DNA of 64,000 bases from Abditibacterium sp. (GCA_965246885.1 OZ251992.1:1984001-2048000), one strand, 5' to 3'. Shown: positions 9,363 to 18,228, numbered from the stretch's first letter. The notes: generated from the letters alone by a model not told the origin. Translations and numbers: made by a program.

Positions 9363-11790
9363 TCATAGCGGGTGGGCACTCCCACAGCGTCCACCCCGGC
9401 GCCGTTTCGCGGACTCGGACGGGAATGGGCAGGGAAGGGAGCGGGAGGGTGTCGGGCGCGAGGATGAGAGTGCCCCGTCCGTTCAGCACCACTTTGCGGA
9501 GTGTGGTTTCATCATTCGTGTTGGTGATCTGCGCCGGGTGCCCCAAAACGAACCGCACGCTGGGGCGCCCCGGCTTGAGGCGATAAAGCACCAACTGCCG
9601 CCCCGCGTCCAAGTCGGGCAGCGTTCGGCGGGCCAAACCGTGCAGGGGCGCGATGTCGTGCCGGTTCCAGATGGGTAGCCCTATGCCTGCCAGCACCACT
9701 GTTAGCAGGGCGTTCATCAACACTCCGCCCATGACAACCGAAGCCGCGCGCTTCCAACCCCACAGCATCGCGGCGGTGCCGAGCACTAACAGGGTGCCCA
9801 TAAGCGTCGTCGCCGGGGCGAGCAGGACTATGGGAACGGCGGTCTTGGCCGCTACGTCGTGACCTGCTAAGGTCACGACTGTCGCCCCCCGCCACGTCCA
9901 CCCCAGCGCGCCAACTGCTAACAGTAGCGCCCCCAGTAGCGCGCCGACCAGCCCCACTCCCCACGCTTCCCCCTTCGCTATGGCGCCCCGCGATGCCCAA
10001 GCCGCATCCAAACGCGCCGCCACCAACACGCACAGCGCAGGCACGGCGGGCGCCACATAAGACGGCAACTTCGAGCGCGACACCGAAAAGAAGACCAGCA
10101 CCGTCGCCGCCCACACCGCCCATCCGAACAGCGCGCGCTCGAACGGCTCCTGCGCCAGCCGCGCCCGCCACCCGCGCCACCACGCGAGCGGCGCCAGCAG
10201 GCTCCAAGGGAACATCCCGACCAACATCACCGGCACATACGCCCAAGGCGGCGCGTTGTGGCCAAAGTCCCGCCCCAGAAAGCGCTCGATATGATTGTGG
10301 ACGATGTATTCCTGAACGAACTCCGCCCCCGTCGCGCGCCACATGGCGATGTGCCAAGGCGCCACCACCACCACAAACACCAGCGCCATCCACCCCCAAG
10401 GCACCCCGCGCCACGCCGCGCGGTCGCGGCGCAATGACCAAAGCAGCGCGAGCGTCACGGCGGGAAGCAGCAGCCCTACCACGCCCTTGGTCATCACCGC
10501 GAGGGCGACGGCGAGCGCCATTAGGAGATACGCGCGGCGCCTCATGTTTTCCTGCAAAGCGTGCGGGGAAAGTCTCGCTCTGTCATTGCGAGGGGAGCCT
10601 TGGCGACCAGAGGAATCTAATGACTGCGGCCCGTTCGGGACTGACGACGAACCGGGAGTAGATTCCTCTGGTCGCCAAGGCTCCCCTCGCAATGACAGAG
10701 CGGAGCGGTTCTGGCCTGCTTCGGGCTTGCCATACTCCCCCACTGCGTCGGCTTCCAGAATCGCCATGACTGCGAGGGTTTGGAACAGCGTCAGGAGGGC
10801 GTCCAACACCGCCTCGTGCGACAGGGTGAACGTGAGCGGGCAAAACAGAAACAGCGCGGCGGCGATCCAGCCCATCCGCTCGCGGCCCATCCGCTTGCAC
10901 CACCACCACAGCGCCATCGCCGTCAAAGCCGTCGCTATAGCCGACGGCAAGCGCGCCGCAGTTGGGATGAAACCCATCAAGCGCATGGCGAGCGCCTCGC
11001 ACCAATAAAAGAGCGGCGGCTTATCGTAAAAGACGTCCAGCCCCACGCGCGGCACGATCCAGTTGCCCGACTCGACCATGCCCCGCGCCACTGTTCCGTA
11101 GTACCCCTCGTCCAAGTCGAACAACCCCGCCCCGCTAAGGCCGAAAAAGCAGCCGAAGTAGAGCGCGATGCCCGCCCCGGCGACGCGCAAAGTCCGTTCG
11201 CGCGGCGCCGTCCACAAGCGCGGCACGAGCACCCCGCCTTCTTGCCGCGCCACCGTGTGCGCCACGAGTAGCCCCATCACCGCGCCCATGAACACCTGAT
11301 ACGGATAATGCGCCTGCACTTCGACGCGCGACCAGCCAATCCCCAGCGCAAAGGCGAACCAAAACGGCGCGAGGCGGGGCCGCGCTTGCAACACCAGCCA
11401 CGACAGCGCAAAAGCGAACGACGTATGACCACTCGGAAAGCCGCTCGGACTGCCACTGGGCCGTGTGAGTTGGGTGAACACCTTCAGCGCTTGCACGAGC
11501 AGCGTATTACACAGGATGATGTCCAGCCACCACCACTGGGCACGGCGCTCCGGATGGCGCCAGCCCCACCATAGCAGGAACACGAGGCTGACACCGATGA
11601 AAGTGCTGTTGCCGATGCCACTGAACAATTGACCAACTCGCTCGACGCCCTTGTCCGGTGTGTAAAGCAGGGACATCGGCCCGATGAGCGAGAGCGCCAC
11701 CCACGCGGGCCACAGCGCCCGCGAAGGCGCCGGGGGCATCTGTTTGGTGGGCGTCGGGGCGGACGGGCGGAGAGGGGTCACATCGTTCAT
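9352..11790 (-). CDS. PAP2 phosphatase fused to an ArnT/PMT-like (GT-C) glycosyltransferase
   Basis: PAP2 motifs K..TRP, SGFPSGH, SRVEVQAHYP; ArnT motifs DLDEGYY, DKPPLFYW, ARLPSA, MTKG, SKLPSYVAP. Confidence 0.88.
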   Translation of the reverse strand: MNDVTPLRPSAPTPTKQMPPAPSRALWPAWVALSLIGPMSLLYTPDKGVERVGQLFSGIGNSTFIGVSLVFLLWWGWRHPERRAQWWWLDIILCNTLLVQALKVFTQLTRPSGSPSGFPSGHTSFAFALSWLVLQARPRLAPFWFAFALGIGWSRVEVQAHYPYQVFMGAVMGLLVAHTVARQEGGVLVPRLWTAPRERTLRVAGAGIALYFGCFFGLSGAGLFDLDEGYYGTVARGMVESGNWIVPRVGLDVFYDKPPLFYWCEALAMRLMGFIPTAARLPSAIATALTAMALWWWCKRMGRERMGWIAAALFLFCPLTFTLSHEAVLDALLTLFQTLAVMAILEADAVGEYGKPEAGQNRSALSLRGEPWRPEESTPGSSSVPNGPQSLDSSGRQGSPRNDRARLSPHALQENMRRRAYLLMALAVALAVMTKGVVGLLLPAVTLALLWSLRRDRAAWRGVPWGWMALVFVVVVAPWHIAMWRATGAEFVQEYIVHNHIERFLGRDFGHNAPPWAYVPVMLVGMFPWSLLAPLAWWRGWRARLAQEPFERALFGWAVWAATVLVFFSVSRSKLPSYVAPAVPALCVLVAARLDAAWASRGAIAKGEAWGVGLVGALLGALLLAVGALGWTWRGATVVTLAGHDVAAKTAVPIVLLAPATTLMGTLLVLGTAAMLWGWKRAASVVMGGVLMNALLTVVLAGIGLPIWNRHDIAPLHGLARRTLPDLDAGRQLVLYRLKPGRPSVRFVLGHPAQITNTNDETTLRKVVLNGRGTLILAPDTLPLPSLPIPVRVRETAPGWTLWECPPAMTSG
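10576..10702. repeat. GTCATTGCGAG-type palindromic element inside the ArnT-like CDS
   Basis: 44-bp perfect inverted repeat (10576-10619 / 10659-10702) with a 39-bp spacer; host reading frame stays open. Confidence 0.9.
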
Positions 11791-11835
11791 CGGTAGGGTC
11801 GAGTATGCGAAGAGGAACGGCTTCCCGGAACGAAA

Positions 11836-11919
11836 GACAGACGTCTGTCACCGCGTCGCCCATGCGCGCCATTGCGTCGCCCATGCGCGCCACTGCGTCG
11901 CCGGGGTCTGTCATTGCGT
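11836..11919. repeat. 21-bp tandem repeat array (family T, locus 1, ~4 units)
   Basis: gacagacgtctgtcaccgcgt / cgcccatgcgcgccattgcgt / cgcccatgcgcgccactgcgt / cgccggggtctgtcattgcgt. Confidence 0.75.
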
Positions 11920-11956
11920 CTGGGGAGGCGTTCCCCGCGCGGCGGACGCCAGTTTC

Positions 11957-13642
11957 TCACTTGCCGATTTTGTCGGCGGTCGTCAGGAGCCAGTCGAGGT
12001 TTTGCACGCCTTGTTCCGCCGACAAAATGAGGTCGTCTTCTTTCCAGCAGGTGCGCACGAAGTTGCCGACGAGGTAATCCACCGGGTCGGGGTAGTGCGA
12101 AATGTAGCCATCGGGCGCGACGTACTGGGCGATGTAGGAGTTGCCTTCGCCCTTGACGCCCGCGTACTGCACGACGCGCCCGTTGAACGAGAAGCGGCGG
12201 CGCGGCGGACGGTTATCCACAATTTTGTCGAACCAACGCACGATGGCGCGGCACATCAACAAGCGCCCGCCCTCACATTGCACGCCAAAGCGCGCGAAGA
12301 TCTCCGTCGTGACTCCGGTTTGGGAAGCGGACATTTGCACGCTGTCTTTGAGTATCTGCGCGCCCTCGCCCGCCAAATACTGCGCGACGGAAAGCGGATG
12401 CGAGGCGAGTTCGATCCACAACTCCTTGGGGTCGCGCGGCGATTTGACGTTGAGGGTTTCGATTTCCATTGCGAAATCGCCCACTTCCAAAGGCGACACG
12501 CCCGCCAAACGGCAGACGATGGGCGTAGCGGCGCCATATTGCAACTGGGTCGCTAAGACAAGCTCGCGCTTGGCGGCGGCGCGCAGCAGTTCTTTGGCGC
12601 CGTCCATGTTTTCGCGTTTGGAGCGTCCCGGCGAATACACGAGCGGCTTTTCGCATAAGACATGGACGCCCGCTTCCAAGCACTGCATCGCTTGGGCGTA
12701 GTGGAAGGGCGACGGCGACGCGATTACGGCGGCTTGGGGTTGGACTTTGGCGAGGAGTTCGCCCAAATCGCTGTACCCTTCGCCCGCGAAACCGATGCTT
12801 CCGGCCAAGTGCGCGCGGGTGCGCTCGATGCTGTCCTCGCTTGTGCCCAAAAACGCTACCACTTCGCCGCCGTTTTTGGTCATCCAACGCGCGTGGTCTT
12901 TGCCGATGCCCGACGCGCCCAAGATTGCCACTCGCAACCGGGGCCGGAGCGGAGCGACGGTGGCGAAGGGGTCATCCGCCGTCACGTATTGCACGCCTTT
13001 ATCCGCTTCGGGGGGTGCGATGAGCGGGGCGGGCGCGGGAGCGGTCGGGGCAGGGGTGAGGAAAACGGCGGGGGTGACGGACGCGCGGACTTCGGGCAAG
13101 TCCGTTAGCTCTTCGTCTCGTTGCGCAAAAGGCGAGGGCGGAGCGACGAACGACGAGGCCGCTTCGGGGCTGGCGGGCGCGGGCGCATCGTCGAGCTTGT
13201 AGCCCGCGAAGCCGGTTTTAGCGGCGGGCTTTTCCGCTTCGGAAGCGGGAGCATTGGCTTCGATGGGCGCGATGTCGAGCGGCAACGGCAGCGCGGGCGG
13301 AGCAAAGGAGATGTCTCCGACATCGGGCGCGGAGCCGGTGTTGGTGGCCCAGTTGGGACGCTCGGCGTCCAGTGGGGACGCGACGTCGAGGCGGAACGCT
13401 TCGTCGGCTTGCGCTGAGGACGAAGCCGACGAAGCGGCGGGCGGGTGGGGCGGCGCGATGGGAGTTGGCTCGTCCGCGAGGAGATGGGGGGCGCTCTCGT
13501 CGTCTATGGGGTCAAAGCCAAAATCGGCGAACGGGTCGTCTTCAAGGGGCGGTTCATGCGCCGCGTCGGACGCCGGGGCGGGGGGAGCGCCCTCGTCCGC
13601 GTGAGGCTTTTCGTCGAAGAAGGAGAAGTTGAACGTGTCCAC
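11957..13642 (-). CDS. Gfo/Idh/MocA-family oxidoreductase-like protein with a ~230-aa acidic/Pro-rich N-terminal extension
   Basis: LRVAILGASGIG Rossmann motif and HVLCEKPL motif; low-complexity N-terminus; GTG start. Confidence 0.8.
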   Translation of the reverse strand: MDTFNFSFFDEKPHADEGAPPAPASDAAHEPPLEDDPFADFGFDPIDDESAPHLLADEPTPIAPPHPPAASSASSSAQADEAFRLDVASPLDAERPNWATNTGSAPDVGDISFAPPALPLPLDIAPIEANAPASEAEKPAAKTGFAGYKLDDAPAPASPEAASSFVAPPSPFAQRDEELTDLPEVRASVTPAVFLTPAPTAPAPAPLIAPPEADKGVQYVTADDPFATVAPLRPRLRVAILGASGIGKDHARWMTKNGGEVVAFLGTSEDSIERTRAHLAGSIGFAGEGYSDLGELLAKVQPQAAVIASPSPFHYAQAMQCLEAGVHVLCEKPLVYSPGRSKRENMDGAKELLRAAAKRELVLATQLQYGAATPIVCRLAGVSPLEVGDFAMEIETLNVKSPRDPKELWIELASHPLSVAQYLAGEGAQILKDSVQMSASQTGVTTEIFARFGVQCEGGRLLMCRAIVRWFDKIVDNRPPRRRFSFNGRVVQYAGVKGEGNSYIAQYVAPDGYISHYPDPVDYLVGNFVRTCWKEDDLILSAEQGVQNLDWLLTTADKIGK

Positions 13643-13687
13643 TGTGGAAAGTGTGCCCTATTTGCGTGTACGCCATGCGCGAAACGC

Positions 13688-13722
13688 AAAAAAGCCGCGC
13701 TTCGGGCAGAAGCGCGGCTTTT
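13688..13722 (-). terminator. Intrinsic terminator (6 U on minus strand; possibly bidirectional)
   Basis: aaaaaa-gccgcgcttc-gggca-gaagcgcggc-tttt. Confidence 0.82.
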
Positions 13723-13895
13723 AGAACGGTGAGCGCGCGGGATTATCCTGAACGGATAGTTCCACCACGCTCTTGAAGGCCGTTACAGAAGGTGGTCTGA
13801 AGGTTCAGACGCGCCCTCAAGAGCGAGTTCAGGACTCGCGCTCACCTCGGCCAAATTGTCTACTACTAATATGGACCACCTCCTTGGTTGGTTGC
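13688..13895 (-). ncRNA. Candidate structured small RNA (~205 nt), family unassigned
   Basis: Bounded by a TTGCCA-N17-TATACT promoter and the terminator. Three nested stems: 13728-37/13837-46, 13746-53/13827-34, 13768-80/13813-25. G-U pairs work only on the minus strand. Confidence 0.65.
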
Positions 13896-13900
13896 CAACC

Positions 13901-13929
13901 AGTATAAATGCAGTCAAGTGCGATGGCAA
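13901..13929 (-). promoter_or_regulatory. Sigma70-type promoter for the candidate sRNA
   Basis: Minus strand TTGCCA (13929-13924), 17-nt spacer, TATACT (13906-13901). Confidence 0.7.
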
Positions 13930-13954
13930 GCCCTTCTGCCACACTATTTCTATC

Positions 13955-15043
13955 ATGCCCGAACTCACCCGTACCCCCAATTTCAACGCTGGCCCCGCCG
14001 CCTTGCCTTTGCCCGTCTTGGAGCGGGTGCGGGCCGAACTGCTCGACCTCGACGGCACCGGCATGTCCGTCATGGAATGGAGCCACCGCTCCAGGGGGTT
14101 CGAGGCCATTAACAACAACGCCCAAAGCGCGCTCAAGCGGTTGCTCGGCTTGAGCGACGACTGGGAAGTGCTGTTCCTTCAAGGCGGCGCCAGTTTGCAG
14201 TTCTCGATGGCGCCGATGAACCTCTTGCAACACGGCGCGCGCGCCGATTACCTCGTGCACGGCTCGTGGGGGCGCAAAGCGCTCGCCGAAGCTAAAAAAG
14301 AAGGCGCCGCGCGTGTTGCCGCTTCTTCCGAAGAGGCCGGGTGGAAGCGCGTGCCAACGCCCGCAGAGTTCGAGTTGGACGCCCATGCCAAATACGTCCA
14401 CTTCACCTCCAACGAGACAATCGAAGGCGTGCAGTGGCCAAGCGAACCCGATGTGGGGAAGGTGCGCTTGGTTTGCGACGCTTCCAGCGACATTTTGTCG
14501 CGCCCCATCAACGCCCAAAAGTATGGCCTCATCTATGGCGGCGCGCAAAAGAACATCGGGCCGTCGGGCGTCACCGTTGTGTGTATTCGCCGCGACTGGA
14601 TTGAGCCGCTTCCCACGCTTCCGACCATGCTCTCCTATGCCACCCACGCCAAAGAGCGTTCGCTGTACAACACCCCCGCGACTTTTGGCATTTATATGGT
14701 CGGCCTCGTGTGCGAGTGGATAGAAGGGCACGGCGGCGTAACAGGCATGGCCGCGCGCAACGCCGCCAAAGCCAAGGCGCTGTATGACGCCATAGACGCC
14801 AGCGCCTTTTATTCTGGCTTCGCCGAACGGGAAAGCCGCTCGCAAATGAACGTGACGTTCCGCTTGTCCGATGCCGCCTTGGAAGCGCGCTTTGCCGAAG
14901 AAGCCGCCCACGCGGGCATGGTCGGGCTGAAGGGGCACCGCAGCGTCGGGGGCTTGCGCGCGTCGTTATATAACGCCGTCGAGATGGAGTGGGTCGAGGC
15001 GCTCGTGCAGTTTATGCGCGAGTTTGAGCGCGTCAACGGCTAA
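13955..15043 (+). CDS. serC: Phosphoserine aminotransferase
   Basis: NFNAGPAALP, SVMEWSHRS, FLQGGASLQF, GAQKNIGPSG, KGHRSVGGLRASLYN; start ATG 13955. Confidence 0.96.
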   Translation: MPELTRTPNFNAGPAALPLPVLERVRAELLDLDGTGMSVMEWSHRSRGFEAINNNAQSALKRLLGLSDDWEVLFLQGGASLQFSMAPMNLLQHGARADYLVHGSWGRKALAEAKKEGAARVAASSEEAGWKRVPTPAEFELDAHAKYVHFTSNETIEGVQWPSEPDVGKVRLVCDASSDILSRPINAQKYGLIYGGAQKNIGPSGVTVVCIRRDWIEPLPTLPTMLSYATHAKERSLYNTPATFGIYMVGLVCEWIEGHGGVTGMAARNAAKAKALYDAIDASAFYSGFAERESRSQMNVTFRLSDAALEARFAEEAAHAGMVGLKGHRSVGGLRASLYNAVEMEWVEALVQFMREFERVNG

Positions 15044-15083
15044 GTCGCGCCCAAAGGAGACATAATCGGTTAAATTATCAATC

Positions 15084-16214
15084 ATGGCACGCAAACCTTT
15101 GGCATACACGACCAAGACGCAGGCGCTTTCGGCGCATTTGATAAAGATGGCACGGCAGGTGGGGCCGGGCGCCCGCCTGCCGACAATGGCGCAACTCGCC
15201 GAAGAAACCGGCACGAGCGTAATGACGCTCAACCGCGCGCTGTCGGAACTCGAAGCGCAGGGCTGGGTGGTGCGCCGCCAAGGTTCGGGCACCTACGTGA
15301 CAGAGCGCGCGGGCCAGAACGCCGTTGGGCTGGTCTACGACCGCGAGGGGTTTGGCGTGGGAGAATCGCCGTTCCGCTCGCTTCTGCTTCACGAGGCCCA
15401 GCGCCGCGCCGAAGAAGGCGGCGAAAAGTTTTCGCTCTTTTTGGCCGACCCGTCGCAAAACACGCCCGTCCATCCCGATTTGGCCGAAGCGATTAAAACG
15501 CGCCGCGTGTCGGGTTTGCTGTACGCCGCCAATTCGCGCTCCAAGTCCTTGGCGTGGCTGCTCAAGCAGAACCTGCCGTTGGTGGCGCTTGCGTACGCGC
15601 CGCTCGCACCCTACCGGGTGCGCTTCAACCACGCCCAAACGGCGGCGATGGGCACGCGCGAACTGATTCGCCAAGGCTGCAAACGCATCGCGCTGTGGAT
15701 GCCGGTGGGCGTCGGTCTTGGCCCCAACGAAGCCGACGGCACCTTTGAGGAACTCGACGCATACAAAGCGGCGCTCAAAGAGGGAGGTCTGAAATACGAC
15801 GAGAAACTGGTCTTTCGCTTGGCGGAAATGGGGCACGAACCCGCCGAAGAGGGGGCGCGCGTGCGCAATCGCGAGCAAGGCCAAGCCGCCGCGCGCGCGG
15901 TTTTCGAGGCACAGGACAAAGCCAATTGGCCCGATGGGGTGGTCTGCTTGGACGACGACATGACGCGCGGCGCGCTGGCGACGTGGCTACATTTAGGCGT
16001 GCGCGTGGGCAAAGAAGCGGAAGCGACGCTCAAGGTGGCCAGTCACACCAACAAAAACTCCGACCTGCTCTGGGGCTTCGAGAGCACTGTAACGCTCGTG
16101 GAGTTCGACCCCGCCGAAGTCGCGGGCGCAATGTTCTCCCTGCTTGAAACCCTGCTCCGCGACGAGGAACCGGCCTCGCCCGTCATTTCCGTCGCGCCGA
16201 GGTTGGTAAGTTGA
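15084..16214 (+). CDS. Transcriptional regulator: GntR-type wHTH plus LacI-like ligand-binding domain
   Basis: GARLPT...LA...TLNRALSELEAQGWVVRRQGSGTYV; C-terminal PDGVVCLDD..RG periplasmic-binding-protein-like fold. Confidence 0.88.
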   Translation: MARKPLAYTTKTQALSAHLIKMARQVGPGARLPTMAQLAEETGTSVMTLNRALSELEAQGWVVRRQGSGTYVTERAGQNAVGLVYDREGFGVGESPFRSLLLHEAQRRAEEGGEKFSLFLADPSQNTPVHPDLAEAIKTRRVSGLLYAANSRSKSLAWLLKQNLPLVALAYAPLAPYRVRFNHAQTAAMGTRELIRQGCKRIALWMPVGVGLGPNEADGTFEELDAYKAALKEGGLKYDEKLVFRLAEMGHEPAEEGARVRNREQGQAAARAVFEAQDKANWPDGVVCLDDDMTRGALATWLHLGVRVGKEAEATLKVASHTNKNSDLLWGFESTVTLVEFDPAEVAGAMFSLLETLLRDEEPASPVISVAPRLVS

Positions 16215-16215
16215 G

Positions 16216-16310
16216 TTCAGCATCCGTAGGGGCAACCCATGTGGTTGCCCTTGTAGCGACATCGAAAACGTAAGAGGGCAACCACATGGGTTGCCCCTAC
16301 GGATGCTGAA
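16216..16310. repeat. GTAG-family REP doublet (REPIN-like)
   Basis: 36-bp perfect inverted repeat ttcagcatccGTAGGGGCAACCcatgtGGTTGCCCt (16216-16251 / 16275-16310); each arm is itself palindromic; between convergent genes. Confidence 0.88.
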
Positions 16311-16318
16311 TGGGAGAC

Positions 16319-16966
16319 TCACCCCACTTCCACTTCCACCCCTGCCGCGCAAAAGCCGCCGTTGGCGGTGATTTTTCCTTCGATTGTCCACAGTCCGGCA
16401 TGCGCGTCGGGCCACTGCGCCTCAAAGCGTAGGGCGCAACCGGAATCCAAGCGGAGCGCGCGCAGAAGGGGCGGGAAGCGGCGCCCGCTCGCCCAGCGCC
16501 AAAAAGGGGCGCTTTCGCCGGGGGCTTTGGCGCAAAAGTCGAAACTTTGGCCCGACCCGAAAGAAAGCGCGATGGGGTGGGAAGCGCAGTTCTCGATTTC
16601 AATGGCGAGTTCGAGGGCGCCGGGCGCGAAATGGGTTTGGGCGACTATCAAGCGGACATCCACGCACGCGGGCGAGGCCGCAACGACGGCGAGGGGGAGC
16701 GCGGGGTCTTCGGCCCGTTTGCTGGTTTGAGTAAGCGACGACAGCGCGAGCAAAACGAGCGAGGGGCCGCAGACGGCCTCGCTCAAAGGAAGGCCGGTGT
16801 CGCCCTCATCAAGGCGCCGCGCGCGAAAGGGGAGGGCGCGCGAGGGGGCGGGAGCATCGCCGCCGTGACGGGCGGGGCGCGCGAGCAAACGGGGCGCGCC
16901 GGGCGTGGGTTTGGCGGAGGGAAAGCCAAGCGCGCCGGGGGCGCGTAAAATGGTTCGGGGCGGCAT
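16319..16966 (-). CDS. Hypothetical protein with a C-terminal BsuPI-like (intracellular proteinase inhibitor) domain; start uncertain
   Basis: IEIENCASHPIALSFGSGQSFDF...FWRWASGRRF pattern. Confidence 0.6.
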   Translation of the reverse strand: MPPRTILRAPGALGFPSAKPTPGAPRLLARPARHGGDAPAPSRALPFRARRLDEGDTGLPLSEAVCGPSLVLLALSSLTQTSKRAEDPALPLAVVAASPACVDVRLIVAQTHFAPGALELAIEIENCASHPIALSFGSGQSFDFCAKAPGESAPFWRWASGRRFPPLLRALRLDSGCALRFEAQWPDAHAGLWTIEGKITANGGFCAAGVEVEVG

Positions 16967-16996
16967 TGAATACTTCGACCTTCCCGCCTTCACACC

Positions 16997-17554
16997 ATGT
17001 CAACTTCCAGCGCCTCCGGGCAGTCGCCCGAAACCATTCTGTCAGTCGAACAAGTCTTCAGCGGGAAAGTGGTTCGGCTGAGCGTATATTCCATTAAATT
17101 GCCATCTGGCAACATCGGCAAGCGCGAAGTCCTCCAACACGGCGGCGCCGTGTGCATCCTGCCCATCCTACCCGACGGTCGCATCGGCCTGATTCGCCAA
17201 TGGCGCACCGCCGCAGGCGAATGGCTCCTCGAACTCCCGGCAGGCGGCATCGAAGCGGGAGAAAACCCCGACGACTGCGCCAAACGTGAGTCCATCGAAG
17301 AAATCGGCATGAAGATAGGCCGCCTGTCGCCGCTCTTCCAGTGCTTCCTCGCGCCGGGCTATTCCAGCGAAATGATGTGGGGCTTTCTCGCCGAAGACCT
17401 CTCCGATGTCGGCGCCCAACCCGAAGAAGACGAGAACTTGGAGTTCGTGCCCGTCACGCTTGAAGAAGCATTGGAAATGTTGGACACGGGCCAAATCCGC
17501 GACGCGAAAACCATATGCGGCCTGCTGGCATACGCGCGGAAGGTGGGGAAATGA
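16997..17554 (+). CDS. NUDIX hydrolase (ADP-ribose pyrophosphatase-like)
   Basis: Nudix box GGIEAGENPDDCAKRESIEEIG; IRQWR, ELPAG, DAKTI. Confidence 0.92.
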   Translation: MSTSSASGQSPETILSVEQVFSGKVVRLSVYSIKLPSGNIGKREVLQHGGAVCILPILPDGRIGLIRQWRTAAGEWLLELPAGGIEAGENPDDCAKRESIEEIGMKIGRLSPLFQCFLAPGYSSEMMWGFLAEDLSDVGAQPEEDENLEFVPVTLEEALEMLDTGQIRDAKTICGLLAYARKVGK

Positions 17555-18228
17555 ACCTCGAATTTTTCCCCGCTCCCGCGCCCAAGGGCGTCGGCGTTTT
17601 GGTCGTCCCCGGCGGCGGTTATGGCCATGTCGCCATAGACCACGAAGGCCACCAAGTCGCGCAGTGGCTGAACGAGCGCGGCTACGATGCGTGGGTGTTG
17701 ACCTATACCGTCGCGTCGGAAAGCACGCCCGCGCCGATTTTCCCGGCTCCGCAAAACGAGGCGCTTCAAGCCGTCGCCGACATTCGCGCGAGTGGGCGCG
17801 TCGAGAAGTTGGGCATCTTCGGCTTTTCGGCGGGCGGGCACCTGAGCGCCGTGACCGCGACGAACCCAGACGCTGACTTGGACTTCGCTGTTTTGGCTTA
17901 TCCGGTTATTGATATGGGCGCAGGTTGGACACATGAAGGTTCGCGGTTCAACTTGCTGGGCGACATCGGCGACCCCAAACAAACCGTCGGACACTCGGCG
18001 CATGAGCGGGTGAACGCGCTGACGCCGCCGACTTTTCTGTTCCATACCGCCAACGATGACGTGGTGCCCGTGCAGAACAGCTTGCTTTTCGCCGTGATGC
18101 TGGCGGAGAACGATGTGCCCTTTCAACTCCTTGTATTACCCGATGGCCCGCACGGAATCGGACTCGCGCTCGACAACCCGCGCCTCAACTGGACGGACGC
18201 TTTGGAGCAATGGCTGGGGGAGCGATAA
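17551..18228 (+). CDS. Alpha/beta hydrolase (esterase)
   Basis: VPGGGY, GFSAGGHL nucleophile, PPTFLFHTANDDVVP, HGIGL; ATGA overlap with the NUDIX gene. Confidence 0.9.
   Translation: MNLEFFPAPAPKGVGVLVVPGGGYGHVAIDHEGHQVAQWLNERGYDAWVLTYTVASESTPAPIFPAPQNEALQAVADIRASGRVEKLGIFGFSAGGHLSAVTATNPDADLDFAVLAYPVIDMGAGWTHEGSRFNLLGDIGDPKQTVGHSAHERVNALTPPTFLFHTANDDVVPVQNSLLFAVMLAENDVPFQLLVLPDGPHGIGLALDNPRLNWTDALEQWLGER

Noticed and set aside
13728..13846. Firm call as 6S RNA, tmRNA, SRP or RNase P
   Set aside because: No tRNA-like ends, SRP loop or RNase P motifs; the bulge is asymmetric and the 5' end is unpaired. 6S cannot be fully excluded without cmscan, so it is left unassigned.
13873..13885. 16S rRNA fragment (ggaccacctcctt)
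   Set aside because: Only 13 nt resemble the 16S 3' end and the flanks are not rRNA-like; better explained as an extended SD on the minus strand.
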